DNA from: Candidatus Nanoarchaeia archaeon
Lineage (GTDB): Archaea > Nanobdellota > Nanobdellia > Woesearchaeales > JANQNC01
Assembly (NCBI GenBank): GCA_028279745.1
Contig: JANQNC010000001.1
Location: forward strand, 600,001 to 632,000
Direction of reading: 5' to 3'
Length of the DNA: 32,000 nucleotides
Shown here: one piece after another, positions 10,701 through 19,207 of the stretch
How the letters are laid out: the number at the start of each line of letters is the position of its first letter
Position numbering within the stretch: position 1 is the stretch's first letter
The notes under the pieces: model-generated
What the model was told of the DNA's origin: nothing
Databases searched by the model: none
Seen by the model: only the letters and a program-made list of their open reading frames with translations
Position numbers and translations under genes: made by a program

Positions 10701-11048
10701 AAAGATACTCAAAAATATTGGGATAAGTATCAGTAATATTAAACCAGATTTTTTGAAAAAGCTGGTTACTCCTTTAAGGTCAACAGAAACTTCTTCATCT
10801 TCAGACTTAGTTTCAACTTTATGTTCTGGTTTTTGTTCTTTGTGCTTTTTAGATTTTCCTTTGAAAATTTTCTTGAAATCTATAGTGATCTCTTCCTCAT
10901 CAGAATCAACTTTTTTATCTTCTTTATGCTTTTCGCTAGCTTCAGAATGCTTTTTATGCTCTTCAGTACTCAATGTATGACACCCCCAATATTTAGCTAA
11001 AATATCGACACTGCATTTATAAAGGTTATGATTGGCATATATAAACAA
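7779..11048 (-). CDS. aglB: Archaeal oligosaccharyltransferase AglB (STT3 family) fused to a C-terminal parvulin-type peptidyl-prolyl isomerase domain
   Basis: WWDFGHW (WWDYG catalytic motif) is encoded at 9120-9140. The first-loop [10 protein letters not shown] and GFADTDAYH acidic motifs are present, with many TM helices. The last ~99 aa (about 7782-8078) read KARHILI...[21 protein letters not shown]...[22 protein letters not shown], a PpiC/parvulin rotamase signature. The start is uncertain: ATG 11048 leaves only 35 bp to the divergent gene, and a TTG near 10970 is possible. Confidence 0.85.
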   Translation of the reverse strand: MFIYANHNLYKCSVDILAKYWGCHTLSTEEHKKHSEASEKHKEDKKVDSDEEEITIDFKKIFKGKSKKHKEQKPEHKVETKSEDEEVSVDLKGVTSFFKKSGLILLILIPIFLSIFLRAQPIYLSGFEDRVRDQLYNNLISSYESEIESQYPFLPAAEKRAEALKKFEQVKAEQGDAIEQAIKDQANSLRSFYQDENGNTYLLAIDPYLWYKHALNYVNNGHIGEIEIDGKSYDILKKGRWQVEQEGNFHPLFESWIYRIMSIFNKDYTVMQAAFLSPLLICTLGVIPLFFLGRKIAGNVGGFISATLAAVHPALMTRTTAGFADTDAYHFLLPVTAIWLFLEAYTSKDLKKKIALFAGSGFIIALHNSLWSGWWYNFVFLLTAAGAMLVIQLIKNRKHIKKSLSSITTPLSGLITIFLSTAIFSSLIFLVSGRKFSEGFTSVVGALGKPLWFINLKAVAEVNLWPNVLTTVAELNPSSISGVMNSMGGLLFFVAIGGVVALFTVAILKLVKKDKLWSFYMVSAILLAVWFVSGTYAAIKSIRFSAILVPGFALAIGVLIGTIYEPLRRWTKKELDMPSWVMTSLIVIIIFFIVLFPTVRGYQVAVSETPSMNDGWYSSLITIKEDSTVDNAIITSWWDFGHWFKAIAERPVTFDGGDQGKRIHWVGKSLLTNSEEESAAILRMLNCDQNNASVKLESFTANDTVKSIEILNQLILLDEDEAAQLLSDEGFTSQQTSSIIESTHCEPWENYYIVSSDMIGKSGVWAHFGSWNFTKAEMHNQVRKLKVGEGIQLLKDRYGLDENTANKVYFDIKNTNADQWISPWPSYISGGWKSCSQTQEGYDCRLSIGLGRQGVNNLVLDSVSIINESATFNLVTQNSDTGAVVGGSSLRPAGFAKIGFNGVSAENGTMFFEEGILKEEYNDSGIPYDVLFDMENERVLVSDPALTESVFTHLYFFEGRFSKYFQLFHKARGIYIYKVKWDGTAYNEVLKNEIKARHILINLDNRTEEEALSLINEIRENATEENFAELATEYSEGPSSVRGGDLGWFGKGMMVAPFEQAAFNLEVGEISQPVKTQFGYHLILVEGKR
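7782..8078 (-). other. Parvulin (PpiC-type) PPIase domain forming the C-terminus of AglB
   Basis: See the aglB entry. The domain is in frame and contiguous with the STT3 C-terminal domain, with no stop between them. Confidence 0.8.
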
Positions 11049-11053
11049 TTAGC

Positions 11054-11061
11054 TTTAAATA
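11054..11061 (+). promoter_or_regulatory. TATA-box-like element (TTTAAATA) for the 11084 gene
   Basis: Centred about 26-27 bp upstream of ATG 11084, consistent with a leaderless archaeal transcript. Confidence 0.45.
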
Positions 11062-11083
11062 TTAGCTAAAGAGCGTCAATAAT

Positions 11084-11668
11084 ATGAGACGAAGAAACAA
11101 ACCAAAATTCGGATGGGTCATGCCAATGTTTATAGTAGTAATCATGGTAGGAAGCACATTTGGAATAATGCTTGGAGGGGACTCTGGAGTCAGCACATAC
11201 TATAATGATCACAAAATAAAACCTCTAGAAGAAGGTTATGAAATTAAAGCAGGCGATCTAAAGATATATTCTTCGTTTCATCCGGAACAAGTTGAAAGCA
11301 TACCTTCACCCGCAATAAATAGTTTTGATTTTATAGGGAAACAAGCAGTCATTGCATTTGATCCAGAACAAGAAAATCCAATGTATGGAGATTATGCAAG
11401 ATTCCAGCTTGGAAAATTTTTGAACAGCTTACAAATTCCAGTTGGTGCTGGAGCAACAAAAGAAGGGAATCATACACTACCTATTGTGAGTTGTGAGAAT
11501 GCAACAGAAAACACCGTAGTGATTGTCTTTAAAGAAGGAGAGATTACAAAAATAGTACAAGAAGATCTTTCATGTTATGTTCTAGAAGCAGCAACACCAC
11601 AAGATATGATAATGGTGCAGGACAGGTTTAAGTTAACACTTGCGGGCGTTATGGAAGGATCAAACTAA
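11084..11668 (+). CDS. Hypothetical membrane-anchored protein (N-terminal TM helix, extracytoplasmic domain)
   Basis: MRRRNKPKFGWVMPMFIVVIMVGSTFGIML is a basic N-terminus followed by a single TM helix. I recognised no family. It overlaps the convergent kinase gene by 9 nt. Confidence 0.6.
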   Translation: MRRRNKPKFGWVMPMFIVVIMVGSTFGIMLGGDSGVSTYYNDHKIKPLEEGYEIKAGDLKIYSSFHPEQVESIPSPAINSFDFIGKQAVIAFDPEQENPMYGDYARFQLGKFLNSLQIPVGAGATKEGNHTLPIVSCENATENTVVIVFKEGEITKIVQEDLSCYVLEAATPQDMIMVQDRFKLTLAGVMEGSN

Positions 11669-12142
11669 ATTAATCTTTATTTCTTTTATCAATTCGTTAG
11701 GAGACCTAGTAGTTGTATCTACAGTTATTATTGTGTTGTGTTTTAACTCTCTAGCTTCATTCAAGCAAATGTCAAATATTTCTGCATCCAGATTTTCTCT
11801 TACTTTTTCTTCATGATACTCTCTGCTCTTTAGTCTTTTTTCCAGTTCTTTTAGACCACATTTTGTTACGATACACAAATCTACCTTGTCTTTTGGTAAA
11901 TTATGAGAAAGATGAGAGTCAATAACTGCATCTTTGTTCTTGTCTATTATTTTTATTAGCTCTTCATTTAGCTTTTCTGTGTCAATAATATCACACTTTC
12001 TCTCATTGTCGTAACCTTCAGAAAGATTCTTTTCTTTGATAAGTTCTGAGACATCAACGTACGTTAATTTATGTTGTTTTGCCAAAGCTTTAGCTAATGA
12101 AGTTTTGCCGGTGCAAGGTGTGCCTGTAACTATTATTATCAT
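11660..12142 (-). CDS. Fap7/AK6-type putative adenylate kinase (small-subunit rRNA maturation NTPase)
   Basis: P-loop GTPCTGKTS at the N-terminus. Length is 160 aa. The DSHLSH...DLCIVTKCGLKELEKRLKSREY...KVRENLDAEIF layout is typical of archaeal AK6/Fap7 homologs. Confidence 0.75.
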   Translation of the reverse strand: MIIIVTGTPCTGKTSLAKALAKQHKLTYVDVSELIKEKNLSEGYDNERKCDIIDTEKLNEELIKIIDKNKDAVIDSHLSHNLPKDKVDLCIVTKCGLKELEKRLKSREYHEEKVRENLDAEIFDICLNEARELKHNTIITVDTTTRSPNELIKEIKINLV

Positions 12143-12164
12143 GTGGTTAAGTATTAAGAATTAG

Positions 12165-12172
12165 TATAAAAA
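12165..12172 (-). promoter_or_regulatory. TATA-box-like element (TTTTTATA on the minus strand) for the AK6-like gene
   Basis: Centred about 26 bp upstream of ATG 12142. Confidence 0.45.
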
Positions 12173-12184
12173 TGTAGGTGAAAA

Positions 12185-14311
12185 TCAGTCTTTTTTCTCT
12201 TTTCCTTCTTCATTATCTTCTTTCTTATGCTCTTTCTTTTTATCTTTCTTCTTCATATCTTCTGCAAGCTCAAGACCTTCTTTCTCTGGCTTCTTTTTCT
12301 TCTTTTTAGAATCCTTCTCTTCATTCTTTCTTCTTTTGAACAAGCCCAACAGACCTTTCTTCTTCTTAGGCTGATCTTTTAATCGTTCAATAAGCTCTTT
12401 TCTAGTCTTAATCTTAGCAAGCTCTCTTGAAAGAACACTGTTCTTAAGAACATACTTAGCCCAGTTAGCAAAATCATTCTTATCTCTGTTTGAGTAACGC
12501 CTAAATGTCTTATCATCCATGTACTCCAAAGCTTCAACCATATCCTTAAGGCTCTTGATTACCGAACCATCATCAAGCTTAAAGTACTGTCCTGGTTTGA
12601 TAGCATCAAATGCAGAAGATAACTTTCTTTCCAGCTTTTCTTTATCTCTGTTTCTTACAGCTTTAGCCGCGTGAAGGTGCAAGAATCTTAACTTCATAAC
12701 CTGCTGAAGCAAAAGCATCAATATGAAAACTCCCGCAGCATAAGCTAATAATATGTAAATCTCATTTGAGAGAGTGTAAAGATCAATTCCAAACAACATT
12801 GACTTCTTGATAAGCGCTTCACCCATCACAAACGGATTAAAGTCTGCTATCTGCTTAATGTAATCAGGCATGCTTTCCAAAGGCAAGATAAGATTTGATA
12901 GGAATAATAAAACTGAACTAACAGACACTGCAGCAAGCATAGCTGTCTCTTCCTTATTGAAAACCGTTCCAATAAGCATCCCAAGGAATATGAAAAGAAT
13001 GACAAGAATTGCAACTATCAATAAAGTAACACCGAAATTGTTTAAGATATTAATGTTGAATCCCCAATAAGCGACTGAAAGTATTATTGCAAGCTGAAGA
13101 ACCAAGATAAATAAAGAAGATATGAAGTTTCCAGTCACAAAAGTTATATTCTTAACAGGCGCTGTAAAGTTCCTAAAGAAAGCGTTGCTTGTCTTTTCTC
13201 TGATCACAATACTGCAAGAAAGCATAACTGAAACAAACATGACTAAAAGTACGAGCAAAGCAGGAAGTAAGTAGTTCAGATGAGTTGATTCTGTTGTGAT
13301 GGGTTCCACTTTAGTCTTGATAGGGCTTACAATACTTGAAGCAGAAGTGACACCAATACTCTCAATGCTGTTGTTAAGCTCTGTGTTTGCATCCTGCATG
13401 GAATTCAAAAGATCAATTGAAGATGATATATCTGAAGAGATAGATGAAGACTTTGATATAATATTGCTTTGAGAGTTGCTTATCTTACTGACTAAAGAGT
13501 CCATATCTGAAACGTCCAAAGCGTCAATGTCTGTTTTCATAGTCTCGAGCTTAGTTGTTGCAGCAGTAAGAAGATTTTTGATTTCTGTTTCTTGGGAAGA
13601 TGCCTCAGATGGAAGACTATTTGCTTTTGAAGTAACATCATCAATCAACTTATCAAAAGTCTCTGCTAAATCATCTGCAATGTCTTTTAGTGAGGTGACA
13701 TCTTCAGCTAAAGCATCAAGGTCATTTGAACTAAAAGAGTTCGCGCTTGACCTTATAGCGGACGTAGTGGATGTAAGCTGATCAGCTTTAGATAAAAGAT
13801 CGTTAACATCTTCACTCTGGTTTGAGAGATGCCCCCTAGTCAAATCAATCCTACTCAGCAAAACATTAGTCATATCAAGACTAAGCTCTGAAGATTTGCC
13901 AACCGCAATGTCTGAAACGCTCTTACTAACCATCCATGCTAAGTTAACATTGGACTCATCAAGATGGAAAACTATCTCATTCGAGACATCATTGATAATC
14001 TCCATATTTGCCGGAAAAACAACACAGGCATGAATAGTCCTGTGCTTTACGTCAGCAACACACCTTTCAAAATTATCATAAGTGATCGTGTTAAATTCTT
14101 CATCCAGCTCAGAAACAAATAAGTTAGAAGTTTCACTGAATGAATCTGAGTAAACCCCCACATTAATATTGTATGAGCTTGCGTTATTAAATGCAAGACC
14201 AACAAGAAGCATAATAATCAAAGGACCAATTATAACTATGAAAGCGCTCCTTTTAGATCTAAGCAAAAGCTTCAAATTCTTGCTTACAATCTTCAAAAAC
14301 TTATTACTCAT
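12185..14311 (-). CDS. ABC-2 type permease with a large extracytoplasmic coiled-coil domain (YhgE/Pip-like architecture) and a long cytoplasmic C-terminal extension
   Basis: An N-terminal TM helix is followed by ~330 aa of Ser/Asp/Leu-rich coiled-coil-like sequence and a block of about five TM helices. A ~170 aa tail follows, containing FKLDDGSVIKSLKDMVEALEYMDDKTFRRYSNRDKNDFANWAKYV and a Lys/Glu-rich end. It overlaps the upstream ATPase gene by 8 nt. Confidence 0.65.
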   Translation of the reverse strand: MSNKFLKIVSKNLKLLLRSKRSAFIVIIGPLIIMLLVGLAFNNASSYNINVGVYSDSFSETSNLFVSELDEEFNTITYDNFERCVADVKHRTIHACVVFPANMEIINDVSNEIVFHLDESNVNLAWMVSKSVSDIAVGKSSELSLDMTNVLLSRIDLTRGHLSNQSEDVNDLLSKADQLTSTTSAIRSSANSFSSNDLDALAEDVTSLKDIADDLAETFDKLIDDVTSKANSLPSEASSQETEIKNLLTAATTKLETMKTDIDALDVSDMDSLVSKISNSQSNIISKSSSISSDISSSIDLLNSMQDANTELNNSIESIGVTSASSIVSPIKTKVEPITTESTHLNYLLPALLVLLVMFVSVMLSCSIVIREKTSNAFFRNFTAPVKNITFVTGNFISSLFILVLQLAIILSVAYWGFNINILNNFGVTLLIVAILVILFIFLGMLIGTVFNKEETAMLAAVSVSSVLLFLSNLILPLESMPDYIKQIADFNPFVMGEALIKKSMLFGIDLYTLSNEIYILLAYAAGVFILMLLLQQVMKLRFLHLHAAKAVRNRDKEKLERKLSSAFDAIKPGQYFKLDDGSVIKSLKDMVEALEYMDDKTFRRYSNRDKNDFANWAKYVLKNSVLSRELAKIKTRKELIERLKDQPKKKKGLLGLFKRRKNEEKDSKKKKKKPEKEGLELAEDMKKKDKKKEHKKEDNEEGKEKKD

Positions 14312-15287
14312 TCTCCTTCCTCACCAAATAGTTAAATGCTTCCCTAAGAGACGGCTCGTTAACCCTAATATCTCTAAGTGTCTCATCAGAGTGTTTCATT
14401 GCTTTCATAAGATCTGAAAGAACCTCGTAAGGTTTTTCTGTATGAATCGTTAACCTGCCATGTTCCTCAACAGACTTGTTAAGATCTTTTTTGTTCAAGC
14501 TTTCCAGGAGTTTTTTGTAATTTCCTGGTTCTGATAATAATATAATCTCAGTATCTTTAGAGAACCTTCTCTTAATGTTACGTGGAGTGTCTATGTTGCA
14601 TATTCTTCCTTCAAACAGAAGACCCACTCTGTCGCACAATATTTCCAGTTCATCTAAAAAGTGAGATGAGATGATAATTGTTGTTCCTTTATTGTTTATT
14701 TCACTTATAATATCCCACATCTGCTCTCTCAAAACAGGATCTAAATCAGCAGTCGGCTCGTCCATGATCAAAACTTTAGGGTCATGGATTAAAGCACAAC
14801 CAATATCAAGACGCTTTTGCATGCCTCCTGACAAATTTTTAGCTAATGTTTTCTTTGCAGATTCCAAATCCAAGAACTTCAATAATGCTCTAATGTTGGA
14901 AGTCCTAGCCTCTTTAGAAATATTATGCAAACATCCAAAATAATCAAGGTTTTCGTAAACTGTCAATCCCGGATAGAAAGAAGGTGTTTGAGAAGCAAAC
15001 CCCACGATTTTCTTAACATCCATAACATTACCATAAACTGACCTAAAAGTAGTCTCTTTATCAGAGAGCTGTAAAAGATGATCCATCCTGAAACTTATGT
15101 CTCCTTCATCAGGCCTTATGAAACCAACCGTTGAGTTAAGCAAAGTAGTTTTACCTGAACCACTCATACCAATAATTCCAAAAATCTCGCCAGAACGAAT
15201 ATCAAGGTCTATCCCATCTAAAACTATATGGTTGCCAAAACTCTTAACAACCCCCTCAATCTTAATAACTGTATTATGACCCGTCAT
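14304..15287 (-). CDS. ABC transporter ATP-binding protein
   Basis: Walker A GMSGSGKTT, ABC signature LSGGMQKRL, Walker B VLIMDEPTADLD and H-loop SSHFLDE. Confidence 0.9.
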   Translation of the reverse strand: MTGHNTVIKIEGVVKSFGNHIVLDGIDLDIRSGEIFGIIGMSGSGKTTLLNSTVGFIRPDEGDISFRMDHLLQLSDKETTFRSVYGNVMDVKKIVGFASQTPSFYPGLTVYENLDYFGCLHNISKEARTSNIRALLKFLDLESAKKTLAKNLSGGMQKRLDIGCALIHDPKVLIMDEPTADLDPVLREQMWDIISEINNKGTTIIISSHFLDELEILCDRVGLLFEGRICNIDTPRNIKRRFSKDTEIILLSEPGNYKKLLESLNKKDLNKSVEEHGRLTIHTEKPYEVLSDLMKAMKHSDETLRDIRVNEPSLREAFNYLVRKENE

Positions 15288-15339
15288 CCTAATAATAAAT
15301 AGTATAAAGCATTTTTAAATGTAATGTTTTTTGAAAAGA

Positions 15340-15347
15340 TTTAAAAA
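15340..15347 (+). promoter_or_regulatory. TATA-box-like element (TTTAAAAA) for mbf1
   Basis: Centred about 29 bp upstream of ATG 15373, in the divergent intergenic region shared with the ABC operon. Confidence 0.45.
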
Positions 15348-15372
15348 TTATCTAAAAGATACTGTCTGTAAT

Positions 15373-15831
15373 ATGAGATGCGAAATGTGCGGAAAAGAAG
15401 CAACACTAGTCCGAGCTAAAATAGAGATGGCAGAGATGGACGTATGTGAAAAGTGCGCAAAACACGGTGTTGTGTTGAGAAGACTTGATGTTCCTTCCGC
15501 TAAAAAGAAAGAAAGAAGAGAGATAAAACCACAAAAAGAGATCATAGAAGAAGTTGTGGAAGATTACGCGCAAATAGTAAGAAAAAGCAGAGAAGACAAA
15601 GGGATGAGTCAAGAAGATTTTGCAAAAAAACTAAACGAGAAAGAAAGCGTGATACACAAAATAGAAACTGGCGGCCTGATTCCAAGTTTGAAGCTGGCTA
15701 GAAAGCTAGAAAGGTTATTACACATCAGATTAATCGAGATTGTTGAAGAACATCACAATGCTGCTCCAAGTTCAAGCAAGAAAGGAAGTGAGTTGACACT
15801 TGGCGACCTAATAAAAATAAAGAAAAAATAA
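15373..15831 (+). CDS. mbf1: Archaeal multiprotein bridging factor 1 (zinc ribbon plus HTH cro/C1 domain)
   Basis: N-terminal CEMCG...CEKC zinc ribbon and C-terminal HTH MSQEDFAKKLNEKESVIHKIETG. I prefer ATG 15373 (MRCEMCG) over the track's TTG at 15331. Confidence 0.8.
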   Translation: MRCEMCGKEATLVRAKIEMAEMDVCEKCAKHGVVLRRLDVPSAKKKERREIKPQKEIIEEVVEDYAQIVRKSREDKGMSQEDFAKKLNEKESVIHKIETGGLIPSLKLARKLERLLHIRLIEIVEEHHNAAPSSSKKGSELTLGDLIKIKKK

Positions 15832-17241
15832 CTATTTCTTAAACACTGCAAAGTATTCAAAAACACTTGAAGTGTTGTATAATAATTCTGAGCTGTCTGA
15901 AAGACGATTGAACTCTTCTCTTTTCATCACTTCACATTCTTCATCCACACAAGGGAAAGTGGAGCTGGAGAAAACAAAAAGATTATAGGAACTAGATTCG
16001 TTAAGGAACAGGTCTACGCTTGTAGGCAGATCAAAATATCTCCCATAAAACTTTTGATCTGTGCAAGGCACAACAATGGCAGTTGTTGAGAAAAGAGAAT
16101 ACTCTTCATCGTAACTGCTGAAAAAACTGCAAAGGTTTGTGTGAGCAGTATCCATCTTTCCAAGGAAACCATACCCTAAAATAAATGAGTTAACCAGTAT
16201 AAATACAACTACTGCGAAGACCAGCAGGTTGCTTATCCACTTAGACTTCCTTTTTATGAAAAACATGAGCTCATCCAAAGAGTGAGCAACCATTATCGTA
16301 ATGAAAGGAAGGAACAATAAACCATACCTAAACTCTTTATGAGACAGCCAAGAAAAGTAGACTGTCAAAAATATTGCCGCAGTGACAAACAAATCAAAAG
16401 AAAAATCTTCGTGGAGCTTATTTTTGAAATAAAAGAAAACAAAAGCGATAAGAAGAATAAAAATCCAGTTATTAAGGAAAAACTGAACAAAGTAATAATA
16501 AAACGGCTGGGAATAGATTGCAATATTGTACCTGGTTATGTCTGCGTTAGCTATTATAAACGGCCTTATCATTGAGTCAAAGAAGTTTGCAGTCACATCT
16601 CTGTAAAAGAAAATATTGAAAATGAAAAATAGTGAAGCAGGAATTGAGTAAAAGATTATGAATTTTATTATCTTTCTTATCTTAGCTACTTTGAAGATCA
16701 TGAAAATTAACAAAGGTATCAACATCAAACCTGACGGAAACCTAATCATAAAAGCCAATCCTGCAAACAAGCCACACAATCCATACTTTTCTTCCTTAAA
16801 GAAGTAAATCGACGTAAGTAAAAGAAAAACTGCAGGTATCCCAGTAAGAAGCCTATGAGAAAAAGCAAAGAATAGAGGGAATGAAGCCAACAGTAAAACA
16901 GACCAGATTGCCGTATTTTTGTTAAAAAACTTCTTTGATAACATATAAGTCATCGATAATGCACCAATCGCAAATGTAAGAGCTATCATTCTTCCAAATA
17001 AAACTATGGGAATATTTAGTTTCCAACCAACACCCAACAGCAGAGGGAATAGTATAGGCCTCATCTCAGAATAAAAACCCGTCTGACCTAAAGAGTATAT
17101 GAATTTAGCAATACCTATGTATTCATATTCATCGAAAAATAAAGAGTTGTAGGTTGTAAGAAGGATAATTTTTGCAGTAAGAAAAACAGCTAAAATAGCT
17201 ACAAAAATCCAGTTTTCCTTGAACCAATTATTCTTCTTCAT
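15832..17241 (-). CDS. GT-C fold polytopic membrane glycosyltransferase (PMT_2/GT22/GT39/GT83-like)
   Basis: 469 aa with more than ten hydrophobic helices. The first-loop acidic motif FFDEYEYIGIAKF is characteristic of Dol-P/undecaprenyl-P-sugar-dependent GT-C enzymes. It is the last gene of the 21981-15832 operon. Confidence 0.6.
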   Translation of the reverse strand: MKKNNWFKENWIFVAILAVFLTAKIILLTTYNSLFFDEYEYIGIAKFIYSLGQTGFYSEMRPILFPLLLGVGWKLNIPIVLFGRMIALTFAIGALSMTYMLSKKFFNKNTAIWSVLLLASFPLFFAFSHRLLTGIPAVFLLLTSIYFFKEEKYGLCGLFAGLAFMIRFPSGLMLIPLLIFMIFKVAKIRKIIKFIIFYSIPASLFFIFNIFFYRDVTANFFDSMIRPFIIANADITRYNIAIYSQPFYYYFVQFFLNNWIFILLIAFVFFYFKNKLHEDFSFDLFVTAAIFLTVYFSWLSHKEFRYGLLFLPFITIMVAHSLDELMFFIKRKSKWISNLLVFAVVVFILVNSFILGYGFLGKMDTAHTNLCSFFSSYDEEYSLFSTTAIVVPCTDQKFYGRYFDLPTSVDLFLNESSSYNLFVFSSSTFPCVDEECEVMKREEFNRLSDSSELLYNTSSVFEYFAVFKK

Positions 17242-17947
17242 TTTCTACTTCACAAAAATCAGGCTTTTCAACATAATCATGACAGATTATATTAGCAAAA
17301 TTTTTCTTGCTTATCACGCCTTGATAAACTTTATCATTAATCACAAGAGACGGCACAGAAGTTATGTTATATCTTGCTTTCAAGACCAATAAAGATCTTT
17401 CCTCTTCTTCATTGTTTAAATCGAGTGGGAAGATAAGCAACTGCTTATCCAACTGTTTCTTGTAAAAAGTCAGAATAGTCCCTTGAATATTACACTCAGT
17501 GCATTTATCATCAAAGAAGTAAAGCACAGTAACTATATCCAAACCACAATCTTTCTTAGCCTGCTCAGCGAACAACCAATATCTTAAATTATCCAACGTG
17601 TACTGTCTTGATAAAAGATCAAACTTGTCTTTATTAAAATCAGACTCCTCGTTATATGCTTCGATATCTGCCAAACTCTCACTCAAATCTTTAATTATAT
17701 TTTCAAGTGTTGACTCAAGAACTATACAAGCTTCTGCACTGCTATTAAGAGTGTTCATAAAAAGGTACTGGAACTGCATGCTATCATAATCAAGATTCTG
17801 CATCTTGTTCTGGTTTTCTATGGATCTTACACGCTCGTTATCAACAACCAACCCAACTGAAAGACCCAACGCAAAAACTAACGAAGTGATAAAAAAAGCC
17901 ACAATATACTTCTTATTGCTTCTTGCTCTAAATGAATTCTTTACCAT
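17228..17947 (-). CDS. Membrane-anchored thioredoxin-fold protein with a CxxC motif (putative extracytoplasmic thiol-disulfide oxidoreductase)
   Basis: N-terminal TM anchor (YIVAFFITSLVFALGLSVGLVV). VTVLYFFDDKCTECNIQG contains CTEC, and a downstream ITSVPSLVI matches the cis-Pro loop of a thioredoxin fold. Confidence 0.55.
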   Translation of the reverse strand: MVKNSFRARSNKKYIVAFFITSLVFALGLSVGLVVDNERVRSIENQNKMQNLDYDSMQFQYLFMNTLNSSAEACIVLESTLENIIKDLSESLADIEAYNEESDFNKDKFDLLSRQYTLDNLRYWLFAEQAKKDCGLDIVTVLYFFDDKCTECNIQGTILTFYKKQLDKQLLIFPLDLNNEEEERSLLVLKARYNITSVPSLVINDKVYQGVISKKNFANIICHDYVEKPDFCEVENEEE

Positions 17948-19188
17948 TTCTGTTTAACCCCCAACACCAACTCAAACAATGAGATAAAGCATATGAAACT
18001 TATAAATATATTGTAAAAAAACAGATAAGCTAATAAGCTGAAAGAACCGTGCTTAAATAGCTTCTCCTCTGCATTCTTGTGAGAGAATAAAAGCATAGCG
18101 ACCACCAAAAGGAATGCAAAATAAAGGATCACTATCGCGCCAAAACGAATATCTAAAATGTTAAATGAAAAAGACAAAGTAGACATGAAATGGAATATGT
18201 TAAAATTCAGTGCGGCAAGATTTGAGAACAGATGATACAGTGGTTTGAACGTAAAATATGCTGTGAAGAAAATAACTGAAAATGTAAGCATAAATGAGAA
18301 AACATTAAATGGTAGCTGAAGAAGACCAAAATCACCATATTTCTTATTAAGAACCAACCCCCTATTCTTTAGGACAGTCAAAAATCCTCCCTTAAACCAT
18401 CTTCTTCTCTGCTTAATAAGACCTTTAGGTGTGTCAGGAGAAACAGTGTAAACATATCCATTAAAACATTGCTTTATCTGATAATGTTTGCTTTGAAGCC
18501 TGTAAACAATCTCTTGGTCCTCAGTCAAGCTTTTAGTGTCAAAACCGCCAACTTTCTGTATAACATCTGTCCTATAGATACTGAAAGGGCCAGGAGCAAC
18601 AAACAACATATTAAGCCTGGACATCATCCTAGCAAAAAACATAACTGTGATGTACTCAAGCCTTTGCATCTTCTGAATAAGTGTTTTTGGTTTAAAGACC
18701 TTCATTGCAGGAGTTATGATCGCAACTTTCTTATTGTTTAACTGTTGGTATAAAGAGATCTGCTTCTTTAATGTTAAAGGATCAACAAAAGAATCCGCAT
18801 CCAAATTTGCAAAAAACTCGGTTTTAAGAGTGCTAAGAACTTTATTAATAGATGCAGCTTTACCCATATTCTCATGATGGATAACCTTCATGTTTCTGTC
18901 TTTGTATTTTGTTGCTGCTTTTTTCATAACAGCTAAAGTGTTATCTGAGCTGCCATCATCAACAGCGTACACTGAAAGTTTTTCTTTTGGGTATTCTAGC
19001 TTCATAATCGAGTCTATAGTCTTTCGTATTGTAGAACCCTCGTTAAATGCAGGGACAATAACTGCGACTGTGGGGAAATACTTTAACTTTGTAGATATTT
19101 TCTCCTTCTTGAAAATGTGCTCTTTATCTAAGAAGGTCAGCATCCAAAATACAAAAAAGTAAAGCGAAACAAACTGCAAACTCCACAT
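17941..19188 (-). CDS. Processive membrane GT2 beta-glycosyltransferase/polysaccharide synthase (NodC/IcaA/PgaC/chitin- or hyaluronan-synthase-like)
   Basis: VAVIVPAFNEGSTI, VDDGSSDNT, LDADS, TEDQE and QRRRW (QxxRW) motifs, with flanking TM helices on both sides of the catalytic domain. Confidence 0.8.
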   Translation of the reverse strand: MWSLQFVSLYFFVFWMLTFLDKEHIFKKEKISTKLKYFPTVAVIVPAFNEGSTIRKTIDSIMKLEYPKEKLSVYAVDDGSSDNTLAVMKKAATKYKDRNMKVIHHENMGKAASINKVLSTLKTEFFANLDADSFVDPLTLKKQISLYQQLNNKKVAIITPAMKVFKPKTLIQKMQRLEYITVMFFARMMSRLNMLFVAPGPFSIYRTDVIQKVGGFDTKSLTEDQEIVYRLQSKHYQIKQCFNGYVYTVSPDTPKGLIKQRRRWFKGGFLTVLKNRGLVLNKKYGDFGLLQLPFNVFSFMLTFSVIFFTAYFTFKPLYHLFSNLAALNFNIFHFMSTLSFSFNILDIRFGAIVILYFAFLLVVAMLLFSHKNAEEKLFKHGSFSLLAYLFFYNIFISFICFISLFELVLGVKQKW

Positions 19189-19207
19189 CAGAATCTTTAG
19201 CGCTATG

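Noticed and set aside
2213-10980. Plus-strand ORFs of 61-170 aa inside the minus-strand glycosylation operon (2213-2473, 3754-4044, 3978-4163, 6572-7000, 7825-8121, 8854-9060, 9505-10017, 10494-10700, 10753-10980), plus the out-of-frame minus-strand ORF 10096-10284
   Set aside because: All lie antisense to, or out of frame within, long ORFs that carry clear family motifs. Their products are low-complexity Ser/Leu/Phe-rich sequences typical of shadow ORFs in AT-rich DNA.
10970-11048. ATG 11048 as the definite AglB start
   Set aside because: I kept the coordinate but not the certainty. The first ~25 residues ([25 protein letters not shown]) look non-native, and the 35-bp gap to the divergent gene leaves no room for a separate promoter. 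A TTG near 10970 with upstream TATA-like sequences (around 11018-11025) is a plausible alternative that needs transcription start or N-terminal data.
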